Shown here: piece by piece, positions 1-9,150 of the stretch
Layout of the letters: every line of letters begins with the position of its first letter
How positions within the stretch are numbered: position 1 is the stretch's first letter
Translations under genes and position numbers: made by a program
Source: Nannocystis sp.
GTDB lineage: Bacteria; Myxococcota_A; Polyangia; Nannocystales; Nannocystaceae
Length of the DNA stretch: 56,782 bases
Reading direction: 5' to 3'
NCBI GenBank assembly: GCA_013812955.1
Contig: JACCSO010000450.1
Span: forward strand, 1-56,782
Notes under the pieces: generated by a model
The model's database searches: none
What the model was told of the DNA's origin: nothing
What the model saw: the letters and a program-made list of their open reading frames with translations, nothing else

Positions 1-849
1 CACCAGCTCTGGTGAGCCAAGGATCCCCATCGCGGTCACGGCCTCGAGGCTATCGGGCGCACGGCGCAAGAGCTCCTGGTCGCCAAGCTCGCCCCGCATT
101 GCCAGGAGTCGCAGCGCCCCCGGGGGGGGCTGGTGTTCCGATGCGAGCGCGCGCACGTGCCCCCATGTAGTCATGTCGCCTAGCACCAACAGCGCGGTAG
201 CTAGCGGCACGGATCCAGGGTGTTTTGAGAGCGCCTTTCGTAACATCGGGGCAGCGGACGATAGCCCGACTTTTGCCAGTGCCAGTGCGGCGGTTTCCTG
301 GACGTGGAGGGGACGGGTAGCAAAACCACGAAGCACTACTTCGCCCTGCACTTGCCGCCGCCAGCCCAGCGTGGAGATCAGCATACGCATGATCGATGGC
401 GGAGCTCGCTCGAGCGCTTCATGTAACGCCGGATCGAGGGCATGACCGGTGGCCATCCGCAGCCCCTGTTCCCACGCGGGCAGCATCGCCTCCGGGCTGA
501 CCACAATCAGCTCCAGGAGTGGCCCGGCGTCGTTTGGCGCCGTGAGCCCGGAGCCAAGTGCATAGGCCATGGCCGTGATTGTGTCCCCGTCCGCGAAGTC
601 GTCCGTGTGCACGGCTGACTCGACGTGCTCGAGGCTCCGCAGTCGCGCGACGGCGCCGTAGGCCTGCCACGTGTTCAGCTGGGCGAGTAGCCGATCGTCG
701 AACGGCGCCACGTCGGGCCAGCGGGTCATCGGGCGGTGCAGCAGCGACATCCGGTGCTCGAGCAAGAACGCCATCTCATCAACGTGCTCGTCGATGAATG
801 TCGCGGCGAAGTCCCCCGCGCGCCGGTCGGTGGCCAGGTTCCAATTCAT
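1..849 (-). CDS. TIGR02270-like HEAT-repeat T6SS accessory protein (3' end runs off the window)
   Basis: Absent from the ORF track. Read manually, the frame is open from ATG 849 (ATGA overlap with the stop of 846..1892) to position 1. MNWNLATD...FIDEHVDEMAFLLEHR...DDRLLAQL...AMGILGSPELV aligns by eye with 4908..6149 (VDDHLDEAEFLWERW...EGRLMAHL...ALGFLGTVDAV). Confidence 0.75.
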   Translation of the reverse strand, partial: MNWNLATDRRAGDFAATFIDEHVDEMAFLLEHRMSLLHRPMTRWPDVAPFDDRLLAQLNTWQAYGAVARLRSLEHVESAVHTDDFADGDTITAMAYALGSGLTAPNDAGPLLELIVVSPEAMLPAWEQGLRMATGHALDPALHEALERAPPSIMRMLISTLGWRRQVQGEVVLRGFATRPLHVQETAALALAKVGLSSAAPMLRKALSKHPGSVPLATALLVLGDMTTWGHVRALASEHQPPPGALRLLAMRGELGDQELLRRAPDSLEAVTAMGILGSPELV

Positions 850-1892
850 ACAGGAATGGTCTCCACGACACATGCGCCAACCTCGCCCGCGTTCGAGCAT
901 CCGTAGACGAGGGTGCGAAGGGTTTCCGGTCGACGATCTCCCGCGGCCTTTGTCGCCCACAACGCACGCGCGACGAGCAGCGCGCCGGAGGCCGCACCGG
1001 CGTCACCCAGCGACTCGTTGATCGAGGTGACCAGAAATGGCTCCGGAAACAACGTCGTATGGCGCAGGTACGCTTGGACGAGTTCGCGCGTCCAAAATAC
1101 CGCTCCCGGCTGACAGGATAACGCATACTCGACGCGCTCTTCCCCGAGCCCGGCGAGTTCACGCAGGCACGTGAGCACATGCGTGAGCCCGGCCGCAAGG
1201 CTAGGCGACTCACGTTCTTGATAGGGCCGTGGTTCGCGCCCCGTCGCGGAGGCGATGATTCGTCCGTATACTGGATATGCGACACGACGCGGCGGGTGGC
1301 CCGCCAACAGGATGAATGCGGCGCCTTCACCAGGAAGCAATCCGTCGATGTTGTCTGCGCCCAGAGCTCGGTTCGTACGGGCCAGATCGGCCAGCGACAC
1401 GAGGTCGCACAGCGAGTCGAGCGCCCCGATCAGGACCCACGGTGCCGCACGTGAACGCAGCAAGTTCTCCGCGTGCGCGAGGGCGGTGAAGAAGCTGGCG
1501 CGCCCACCCCGAATAATCCCCCCTTTTGCCACTTCGAGCCGCATGCTCTGTGGCGATTCGTTCTCTAAGGCGTGTACGATGGCGGGCACGTCCAGCGAGC
1601 CACCATCTTCGTCGGCCGGCAGGGCCAGCACCAACGGAAGGCACGGTGCTAGCGGCTTTTCGATTTCAGCCAGCACATCTGTGAGGGCAGTAACCCCGAG
1701 GCCGATCACGCGCTCGGTGCGGTCCAGGTGCGGTGGCAACAGCGGCAACAGGCAGGCTCGGAGAGGCTCGTCCGGCGCGAGCTCGATCTGTGTCTCGACG
1801 AACCGCTTGGTGCCTGCGTGCATCTCCGCGACGCTGGTCTTCCAGCTGAGACCTAACGGGGTACACATACCCACAGCGATTATGTCCATCAT
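846..1892 (-). CDS. Beta-ketoacyl-synthase-like (PRK06147-type) T6SS-associated protein, probably non-catalytic
   Basis: IIAVGMCTPLG N-terminus, PGEGAAFILL and LGDAGAASG thiolase-fold motifs. No Cys at the expected catalytic loop (GGRASFF). ATGA-coupled to DUF2169, the usual context for this family. Confidence 0.8.
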   Translation of the reverse strand: MMDIIAVGMCTPLGLSWKTSVAEMHAGTKRFVETQIELAPDEPLRACLLPLLPPHLDRTERVIGLGVTALTDVLAEIEKPLAPCLPLVLALPADEDGGSLDVPAIVHALENESPQSMRLEVAKGGIIRGGRASFFTALAHAENLLRSRAAPWVLIGALDSLCDLVSLADLARTNRALGADNIDGLLPGEGAAFILLAGHPPRRVAYPVYGRIIASATGREPRPYQERESPSLAAGLTHVLTCLRELAGLGEERVEYALSCQPGAVFWTRELVQAYLRHTTLFPEPFLVTSINESLGDAGAASGALLVARALWATKAAGDRRPETLRTLVYGCSNAGEVGACVVETIPV

Positions 1893-2929
1893 AGTGCGGT
1901 CTCCCAGGATTCGAGCTCGCGTACAATGTCTACGTCACGCGCGCTCGGCGCTGTCTCTGCCGGCAATGCTGTACGGAGGTACAGCGTAACGCTCCGCAGC
2001 TCCGGTTCGAGCAGCACGCCGTCGAGGCTCATCTGCACGCGCCGATCTGCGCCGCTGCGACGGACGCGGCGCACACCGATCCGAATTCGCGGCAGATCGA
2101 ACATGAGGGCGCCCACGGGCGAGAAGCCAACGAGTTCGACGGGCTCGCCTCCCGACAGGCGCTGCGGCGCGACGAGACCGGGCGCCGCGGCACTATAGTA
2201 GCGCGGGTCGAAGTCGTCGGGCCACAGCGGCGCGCGGGTCCGCATCCACGTCTCGGTGAACGTTCCCGCCAGAGCCAGCCGCGGCTGCCAGCCGCGCGCG
2301 ACTGGGCCGAACCCAGCAGGCGACGGACGATCATTCCACGCCGCGATTCGCTGGTCAGGGCGCTCAAAATTCGGCGCGGGCTTGTCCCTCGCGTGTGCCG
2401 GATCCTTGTAGAGCCCACACCCGACCGGATTACGGGGCTCCTGGGCGACGAGGCGTTCATCGTCGAGGATACTGCCACCGAAGCTGCGCTCATAGCAAAG
2501 CGGGAGGGACATGAACGGTGCAGGGGCGGACAGCGCCGTGCCGCCGAGGGCTCGCTGCCAGACGCGATCCCCAAACACGAGCAGTGAGACCGCGCAAGGC
2601 CCGACTCGTACTCTCGCGGTCATCGTTTGGGCCGGCTCTCCCCGCGGTGCATGGACATAGCCGTCGACATAGATATCCGTGCCTAGTCGCATTGGAGCTG
2701 TCTGCGCTTCCTGGCGGATGCTCGAGATGCCGCGTGTCCCCCAGAACATGTCGTCGATCGGAGGAGGCCGCTGCTCGGCGCACACTTCGAGCGGCGCTGC
2801 CCGATCGGCGTCTTGGGGAGGCACGGCGAAGCGAGCCGCCACACAGACGACATCGACACCAGCACCGTCGGGCATGATCGACGGAAACGTGATCGCGCTG
2901 TACGGCGTGAGGTTGTTCAGGTTCGCCAT
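1889..2929 (-). CDS. DUF2169 family T6SS adaptor/chaperone (346 aa)
   Basis: Motifs VFGDRVW, PLCYERSFGG, EPRNPVGCG, PAGFGPVARGWQPR, WPDDFDPRYY. Start moved to MANLNN (2929); the ORF-track extension to 3205 looks non-coding. Confidence 0.9.
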   Translation of the reverse strand: MANLNNLTPYSAITFPSIMPDGAGVDVVCVAARFAVPPQDADRAAPLEVCAEQRPPPIDDMFWGTRGISSIRQEAQTAPMRLGTDIYVDGYVHAPRGEPAQTMTARVRVGPCAVSLLVFGDRVWQRALGGTALSAPAPFMSLPLCYERSFGGSILDDERLVAQEPRNPVGCGLYKDPAHARDKPAPNFERPDQRIAAWNDRPSPAGFGPVARGWQPRLALAGTFTETWMRTRAPLWPDDFDPRYYSAAAPGLVAPQRLSGGEPVELVGFSPVGALMFDLPRIRIGVRRVRRSGADRRVQMSLDGVLLEPELRSVTLYLRTALPAETAPSARDVDIVRELESWETAL

Positions 2930-2945
2930 GACGACGTAGATGCGC

Positions 2946-2954
2946 AGGCTATCA
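2946..2954 (-). promoter_or_regulatory. Candidate extended -10 promoter (TGnTAGCCT) for the DUF2169 operon
   Basis: Minus strand reads TGATAGCCT 16 nt upstream of ATG 2929. Confidence 0.35.
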
Positions 2955-3194
2955 CAGTTCCTAGGGTTCGCACCGCACCGCACCACACCGCCGGGCGGTG
3001 CGATTCCGAGCGGTCGAATCCGCGCGGCGTAACGACGGGCGTGCGTTCCGTGACACCCCGAGGATGTTCGTACCCGAGCAGGACCAACTATCGAGCAGCG
3101 AGGGTAGTAATTTCCACTTGGCCGCGCGGACACGCACGCCCTCAATGACTTTTCGCGTTGATCTCCCCACGCTTCACAGAGATCCTGGCCGGAC

Positions 3195-4895
3195 ATGGAG
3201 GTCATGGGCCGAGATGGGCGTTACGAGCTGCACACCCTGATTGGCCAGGGTGCTCGCGGCGCCGTGTATTGCGCCGTGGACCTGAAACGGCGCCTGCCTG
3301 TTGTTATCAAGTTCTTCGAAACGGCGATTGCCACCACCGCGCTCGCTAAGTACGCGGAGACCTCCGCCGCGATCAAGCGCGCCGGCATTGCCGCCGCCCT
3401 GACGCCGTACGATGTCGTGGTCACGCAGGCTCCAGGACCCTTCGCGGTGTTCACTGTCCAGGCTGGCGACACTCTCGAGTCACAGCTCAACGCTGACGCC
3501 TGTAAATGGGCTCGCGCCGTCGAGATCGTGGCGAGTTGCGCAGAGACCCTCGTCGCCGTCCAGGTCGCTACAGGAGAAATCCATGGAGACCTCAAGCCAA
3601 GCAACGTGTGGATCACCAAGAAGGGCGACACGCTAGTGATGGACCTCGGCACCGCCGGATTCGGCCCGTTTGGGCCGGTGCGACGCGGAGCAGAGCTCGT
3701 AGAGTACCGCGCACCCGAGCAGCTAGAAGGCACCCCTGGTGATGCCCGCGCCGACGTGTTCTCCCTCGGCGTACTACTTGTCGAATTGACCACGGGCATC
3801 CACCCTTTCGCCGGCATGACCGCCTTTCAAGCCGCCCACAAACTTACGCAGACCCCGCCGGATCTCGCCGAGGTCACGCGCGGCATGTCGGTTGGCGGCG
3901 CCCGCGAAGTCATCAAACTCGTGACCCGCGCCCTCGCTAGCAGGCCCGACGAGCGCCACGTCGATGTCCGAGCGTTCGGTGCGGCGCTGGCCTATGTAAG
4001 GGGGATCGTTGGCGCGCCGGCAATGTCGCTACCACGGCGCGCGGCAGCCCTGCCACCCCCGCGGCCGCCGGCCTCACCTGTCGCGGATCCGACGACCATC
4101 CAGCGCCTGCCAAATTTGCGGCAGCTGTTCAAGCATATGTCGGCACCTCCGCCTCCTTCGGCAGCGTCAGCGGATCCCTCGCGCGCTGAACCCGCGACCC
4201 TGGAGCAGCCACCTCCCACGCCTCTCGCCTTGGTCGCCGCGCAAATGCCGCCACTGTCTCGACCTGTCCTTGCGGATAGCATCGAACGGGACGTCCGTCG
4301 GCCGGTCGACGACCACGCGACGCAGGCCCTGCCGCGGATCCTCCGCAGCCCCACACCGGCCAACTACGAGAGAGCAACAGTTCCTGTCTCTGCAGACAGG
4401 ACCGAAAGAGACATCCGTCACCATGTCCACGGCGATGCGACGCAGGCCCTGCCGCGGCTCATCCGCAGTCCCATGTCGGACGACTACAAGATGGCGACCG
4501 TGACTGTCCCTGCGGATAGGACCGAACGGGATATCCGTCCGCGCGTCGACGGCGATGCGACGCAGGCCCTGCCGCGGCCCGTCCACAAACCCGCGCCGGC
4601 CACCGATGAGATGGCAACTGTCTCGCTGCCTCGCCGCGTCACCATGCCACACCCGACTCCCGAGACGACGATGCTCCTGCTCGAAACCAGCACACAGGTG
4701 AAGCCGATCTCAGACCCTGAGCGATCAGATCTCGTTGCGCAAGCATCTTCGAGCACGGGCCCGGGCGAACCGCCCGCACCCACAACTAAACCCGTCTTCC
4801 GCCCACCCTCGGCGCGATTGCAGTGGATAGTGATCGGGCTCAACCTCTGCGTCGTCCTCGCGCTCGTCGTTCTCGCCTTGGCTGTCATTTGGTAA
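3195..4895 (+). CDS. Membrane-anchored Ser/Thr protein kinase (non-RD) with Pro-rich and 40-aa repeat linker
   Basis: GQGARGAV Gly loop, VVIK, HGDLKPSN, DLG, YRAPE, DVFSLG. Single hydrophobic helix at the extreme C-terminus. Confidence 0.9.
   Translation: MEVMGRDGRYELHTLIGQGARGAVYCAVDLKRRLPVVIKFFETAIATTALAKYAETSAAIKRAGIAAALTPYDVVVTQAPGPFAVFTVQAGDTLESQLNADACKWARAVEIVASCAETLVAVQVATGEIHGDLKPSNVWITKKGDTLVMDLGTAGFGPFGPVRRGAELVEYRAPEQLEGTPGDARADVFSLGVLLVELTTGIHPFAGMTAFQAAHKLTQTPPDLAEVTRGMSVGGAREVIKLVTRALASRPDERHVDVRAFGAALAYVRGIVGAPAMSLPRRAAALPPPRPPASPVADPTTIQRLPNLRQLFKHMSAPPPPSAASADPSRAEPATLEQPPPTPLALVAAQMPPLSRPVLADSIERDVRRPVDDHATQALPRILRSPTPANYERATVPVSADRTERDIRHHVHGDATQALPRLIRSPMSDDYKMATVTVPADRTERDIRPRVDGDATQALPRPVHKPAPATDEMATVSLPRRVTMPHPTPETTMLLLETSTQVKPISDPERSDLVAQASSSTGPGEPPAPTTKPVFRPPSARLQWIVIGLNLCVVLALVVLALAVIW
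4264..4623 (+). repeat. Three ~120-bp (40-aa) tandem repeats inside the kinase gene
   Basis: Positions 4321, 4441 and 4561 all begin cgcaggccctgccgcgg. Protein unit is ADxxERD(V/I)RxxVxxxATQALPR...ATVx(V/L). Confidence 0.9.
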
Positions 4896-4907
4896 TCCGT
4901 ACTGTGG

Positions 4908-6149
4908 TCACGCGAACAGGCCCGCGAGCTGGCGGCGCTGACGACGGATCGGCGCCATCGGCTCCAGCTGCGGGCGACGGTTAGCCGGTAGCCCGAGCTG
5001 CAGCGCCAAAAGATATGCCGGCCGCCGCCGCATCGGCCCTTCGCACAGCATCTGACGCAGCGCCACGGCGTCGTGCGGCCGGCCGGCGAGGTAGCGTTGC
5101 TCGACCGCGAACCGGGAACGCTGCTTCCGCCACCACATTAACAGCTTCAGCGCGTCGGGCAGTGGCAAGTCGTCCTCGGGATGGTTCGAGAGCGCCTCCT
5201 CCTCCGGCGGAAAGCACACGAAGTTCTCGTCTTCCAAGTCGAGCCCAGTGATCGCCGCGATCACTTCGCCCGCAAGACGCGCGTGTGCTTCGTCCTCGAG
5301 CCAAGGGATCGCGGCATCCACGGCGTCAACGGTCCCAAGGAACCCGAGGGCCCACAGCCCCGGCCCGCGCAGCGACGCCACCGCCGTCAGGATCGCAGCG
5401 CGATCCGCCGGATCCCCGCGCAGCGCCAGCAGAAGCAGCGCCTGGCCCGCGCCGGGATCACAGGCATTGGCGAGGCCCTGCGCGCAGCGCCACGCTTGCG
5501 GAAGATCCAGCAACACCCCAGCCGTCAAGGCTACGTCGCGCACGTCTGGGTGGTCCGATCCCAACGCGGTCATGACCTCTCGTGTGTGGCGTGGGGTGCC
5601 CACTAGTCGCGGTATCAGGCGCAGCCCCAACATTCTGTCGACCGAACGGTCGCTGGTCAACATCCGCGGCACCACTTGGTCAAGCGCCTCGTCGTGGAAT
5701 GCCAAAACCCGCGCGGCCGTGTATCGCAGGTCAGCGTCCTCTGCCGCCAGCATCGACCCCAGGCGCGGGTACAGCGGGCCGAGCTCGCAGCACTCGAGTG
5801 CGCGCGCCAGCTCCGGGCGCTGGGCTGGCGACGAGTACAGCTCCGTAAACACAGCGTCGAATCCCGCGGGGCCCGGCGTCTGTAGCAGAGCCAGCGCGGC
5901 TGCCCGAACCCTTGTCGGCTCGGCGTCGATGTCGGCGATCGTCGGCAGCAGCAGGCGATCTGCCACTTGCATGCCGTTAGCCAACAGGGCGTTAAGGTGC
6001 GCCATCAGCCTTCCCTCCGGGCCAATCTCGACCTCGCGCATGCTGTAGTTCGGGGCGACCATGCTGGCCTCCCATCGCTCCCACAGGAACTCGGCCTCGT
6101 CGAGGTGATCGTCGACGAGCTCCCACAATGGTTCGAACGATTCGGACAT
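4908..6149 (-). CDS. TIGR02270 family T6SS accessory protein (413 aa)
   Basis: HLDEAEFLW, ARLAGE...ITGLDL, DDLPLPD...WW, RYLAGRP and GPMRRR motifs. GGAG RBS before ATG 6149. Confidence 0.85.
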   Translation of the reverse strand: MSESFEPLWELVDDHLDEAEFLWERWEASMVAPNYSMREVEIGPEGRLMAHLNALLANGMQVADRLLLPTIADIDAEPTRVRAAALALLQTPGPAGFDAVFTELYSSPAQRPELARALECCELGPLYPRLGSMLAAEDADLRYTAARVLAFHDEALDQVVPRMLTSDRSVDRMLGLRLIPRLVGTPRHTREVMTALGSDHPDVRDVALTAGVLLDLPQAWRCAQGLANACDPGAGQALLLLALRGDPADRAAILTAVASLRGPGLWALGFLGTVDAVDAAIPWLEDEAHARLAGEVIAAITGLDLEDENFVCFPPEEEALSNHPEDDLPLPDALKLLMWWRKQRSRFAVEQRYLAGRPHDAVALRQMLCEGPMRRRPAYLLALQLGLPANRRPQLEPMAPIRRQRRQLAGLFA

Positions 6150-6160
6150 GCTCCATCGCC

Positions 6161-6649
6161 TCAATTGATCTGCACCGATCCGCCCTTGATCCGGTTCGTC
6201 CCCTTCGCACGGGTCTCCACGTATGCCCCGCGGATCACCAGCTTGCCGTTCTTCTTAAGCGAGATCGACGCCTCGCCGCAGCGCAACTCGATCTCTTCCT
6301 CGCCCGTAAGAATGATCCGATTGCCGTCGACATTCGCGGCGCGCGGCTGCACAGCTGGGGACGTCTCGACGAGACCGACGATCAACGGTAGACGAGCGTC
6401 GCCGCGTTCGAATAGCAGCGCGCACGGGCGGCGCTCTATGACCGCGGCCTGCAACGTCGCCGCGTCGAGCGCGACCAGCAGCCTCGCCGACATCGGCCCA
6501 CTCTGGTTGCCTGGGAAGTCGATTGACGCCCCCTTCTCTGGGTCGAACTCGACGATATGGCCAATGCACACGGCCGGCAGTGCTTGCACCGTGGCCGCGA
6601 CGGGCTCGAATGGGACGACGGTACGCTGCTTGTGCGAACGGCTAGCCAT
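6161..6649 (-). CDS. DUF6484-like vgrG-associated protein
   Basis: LLFERGDARLPLIVG and LRCGEASISLKKNGKLVIRG...NRIKGGSVQIN. GAGGAGG RBS; directly downstream of vgrG. Confidence 0.75.
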   Translation of the reverse strand: MASRSHKQRTVVPFEPVAATVQALPAVCIGHIVEFDPEKGASIDFPGNQSGPMSARLLVALDAATLQAAVIERRPCALLFERGDARLPLIVGLVETSPAVQPRAANVDGNRIILTGEEEIELRCGEASISLKKNGKLVIRGAYVETRAKGTNRIKGGSVQIN

Positions 6650-6675
6650 GACACCTCCTCGCCGCGGACCGCGGC

Positions 6676-8907
6676 CTAATTGAGCTTGACTTTCGACCCC
6701 TTGATGACGACTTCGCCGCTGGCCTTGATGCTCAGCTTCTTGCCATTGACAGCGATGTCGCCGTTCTTGCTGATTGTCACTTTCGCGGTGCCGACCTCGA
6801 TGGTCAGCTTGTCCGCAACGAGCACGCCAGCCTGCTTGCCGACGCTAACCCGCAGGTCCTTGTTCGACGTCAGGTTCATGTTCTGGGCTGCGGAGATGAT
6901 GATATTAGCGCCGGCCGACGCGCTGACGTTAGCACCAGCCCTCACACTGTGGCTCCCGCCGACGTTCAGACTGCTGTCGGCGCCGACCACGACCATCTTG
7001 GCGAGCCCGACCTCCTCCGCCTTCGCCAAGCCGACGGTCTCGTTCATTACCCCGCCCACGCTGACCTGGTAGGCTGCGCCAATTGTCAGAGCCTTGGCCG
7101 CACCAACTGTCTCCGCACTGGCGACCGTAACCATCTCGCTGCGGTTGCCGCCGATTGTGAACGTCGCGTTGGCGCCGACCTGCTCATCGAGGTTAGCGCC
7201 AACTGCGATCGACATGTTGACGCCGATCTGCTCGCTGTGGTTGGAGCCGACCGTGACCGACTTGTCGACCCCGATCGATTCACTCTGGTTGTTGACGACC
7301 GACTTCTTGCGATCGTTGCCGACACTCAGCGTCTCGTCGTGGCCGACGGTCTGGTTCTTGTCGTTCTCAACCGCGATCGTCCAGTCCTTCTGCGCATGGA
7401 GGAACACCTCCTCGCTGCCCTTCTGGTCTTCAAACCGCAGTTCGTTGGAACCCCCGCCACCCGGGCTCGAATCGGACTTGATCGTGCTCGCCGTCTTCTT
7501 GTCCGGTAGTGGGTACGGCGGCTGGTTGTTGCCATGATACACGCGGCCTGTGATGATCGGCCGGTCCGCGTCCCCCTCGATGAAGTCCACGATCACCTCG
7601 TGGCCGATGCGCGGGATCCACATCGCCCCCCAGCCCTGGCCGGCCCACATCTGACTCACACGCACCCAGCACGAGCTGTTCTCGTCACGCTTGCCCATAC
7701 GGTCCCAGTGGAACTGCACCTTCACCCGCCCATGCTCGTCGGTGTGAACCTCCTCGCCCCCGGGGCCCACCACGATCGCCGTCTGCACGCCTCGCATCTC
7801 GGGCCGCAAGGGCCACTCGGCGGGCCGATAAGGCACGTCCGCCGGGATACACTCGAATGAGTTGCTGTAGCTCGAGTCCAGCCCAGTCCCGCTCAGCGCC
7901 AGGGCCTGCGGCTGCTCCCCATGGTGGCGCACAGACAGCAACAGGTACTTGCGCTGAACGTCGTCTCGCAGCGCCCCGGAGCTTGAGCTCAGCTCGAAAA
8001 TGTGCCCCGGCAGGAGTCGCGGGCAGTTGCTCTCGCCCTCCCCGCGGTGCTGCAGCGCCTGAAACGCCTGGAGGCGCAACTTGGCGGCCCGTCGCGCCAG
8101 CGCTGGCTCGTCGTAACGGCCAGGGAATTCGTACACCTCGAGATCGCCCGCGCCCGCGGTCGCCTGGCCTTCCAGGGTGTCGTCCGGTGTCGCGAAGTTG
8201 AAGTCTCGAACCGTGAATTTGCCGGGGGTCAGTTGCTGGGTGTAGCGAAAGCGCCGCACGACGTCGCGGTCGGCCGCGCTCTCCACATCGTTAAACTGAA
8301 CGACCGCATTGCCGCCGATCGTCCCATAAGCGGCGGTGCCGTCGCCGATCACCAACACATGCCCCTCGGCGGAATGCTCGAAACAATGATAGAGCCCGTC
8401 CTCCGCCAGCAGGCGGCGCACGAAGTCCCAGTCCGTCTCTCGATATTGCACACAATACCCGCGGACCGGCGACGGCTGTGCGAGCGCGAAGCGGACTCCG
8501 CTCTTCGGCACCCCGGCGCCCTTGAGCACGTCCTCGACTATCTGGGAGGTGCTCATATCCTGAAAAATACGGCAGTCTTGGCGGTGCAGCAGTGGCCACA
8601 CCCGCGGGACCACGCGGACGTGGTATAGCCCAAATCGATCATCTTGCCGGCCCTGACTGGCACCGTGTACGATCCCGTGGACCCACCGCGGCGTGTCGCC
8701 CTCATGGACACCAAGGATTGTCAGCAGCGCCGGCTTGCGGAGCATGGTGGCTAGGTCGAGATCCCGGTTAGGACACGCCAAGTCCGCGTTGAGTTCGAAC
8801 AATCCTGAGATCGACTCTACGAGATCGAAGCGGACGACATGAAGCGGGTCTTGGACGCCCTCGACCTCGACTAAGAAGCATGCACTGTTCTTCGCTGGCG
8901 CTTGCAT
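6676..8907 (-). CDS. vgrG: Type VI secretion spike protein VgrG (743 aa)
   Basis: YCVQYRETDWDFVRRLLAEDG, GRVKVQFHWDR, SSCWVRVSQ, PRIGHEVIVDFIEGDADRP, NELRFED, HAQKD and gp5-like C-terminal repeats. Start placed at MQAPAK; the ORF-track extension to 9735 is antisense to the kinase. Confidence 0.95.
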   Translation of the reverse strand: MQAPAKNSACFLVEVEGVQDPLHVVRFDLVESISGLFELNADLACPNRDLDLATMLRKPALLTILGVHEGDTPRWVHGIVHGASQGRQDDRFGLYHVRVVPRVWPLLHRQDCRIFQDMSTSQIVEDVLKGAGVPKSGVRFALAQPSPVRGYCVQYRETDWDFVRRLLAEDGLYHCFEHSAEGHVLVIGDGTAAYGTIGGNAVVQFNDVESAADRDVVRRFRYTQQLTPGKFTVRDFNFATPDDTLEGQATAGAGDLEVYEFPGRYDEPALARRAAKLRLQAFQALQHRGEGESNCPRLLPGHIFELSSSSGALRDDVQRKYLLLSVRHHGEQPQALALSGTGLDSSYSNSFECIPADVPYRPAEWPLRPEMRGVQTAIVVGPGGEEVHTDEHGRVKVQFHWDRMGKRDENSSCWVRVSQMWAGQGWGAMWIPRIGHEVIVDFIEGDADRPIITGRVYHGNNQPPYPLPDKKTASTIKSDSSPGGGGSNELRFEDQKGSEEVFLHAQKDWTIAVENDKNQTVGHDETLSVGNDRKKSVVNNQSESIGVDKSVTVGSNHSEQIGVNMSIAVGANLDEQVGANATFTIGGNRSEMVTVASAETVGAAKALTIGAAYQVSVGGVMNETVGLAKAEEVGLAKMVVVGADSSLNVGGSHSVRAGANVSASAGANIIISAAQNMNLTSNKDLRVSVGKQAGVLVADKLTIEVGTAKVTISKNGDIAVNGKKLSIKASGEVVIKGSKVKLN

Positions 8908-8950
8908 AGAGGGTTCCAGGGCGGCAGTGTACCGGCTGCTACCACACTGC

Positions 8951-8965
8951 GCAACGCCGTGCCCA
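8951..8965 (-). promoter_or_regulatory. Candidate sigma-54 (-24/-12) promoter upstream of vgrG
   Basis: TGG-GCAC-GGCG-TTGC has the correct GG-N10-GC spacing but an imperfect -24 box. Confidence 0.3.
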
Positions 8966-9150
8966 TGCACCGCGCGCGCGGAACTGTTCGTTGATCTCCA
9001 AGATCGCAGGGACGCGTTCGCGCATGGCGTATTCGCGCGCAACACTCTGCGCGCTTTCATGGCCGCTCGACTGCGCACGACGATTTTTCGAGCTGATCGA
9101 ACCTTCTCTTTCCAGACACCAAAGGGTAGGCTGGGGCGGGGAGCACATGG

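Noticed and set aside
846-1892. Ketoacyl synthase as a sign of a fatty-acid or polyketide cluster
   Set aside because: It lacks the catalytic Cys, has no ACP or PKS neighbours, and is the usual DUF2169 partner in T6SS loci.
4264-4623. Tandem repeats as a possible CRISPR array (also 55855-56040)
   Set aside because: Degenerate, in-frame coding repeats with no unique spacers and no cas genes.
6661-6675. Perfect palindrome GCCGCGGACCGCGGC after the vgrG stop
   Set aside because: Short, nearly all GC, no U tract, and lies inside an apparent operon; insufficient evidence for a terminator.
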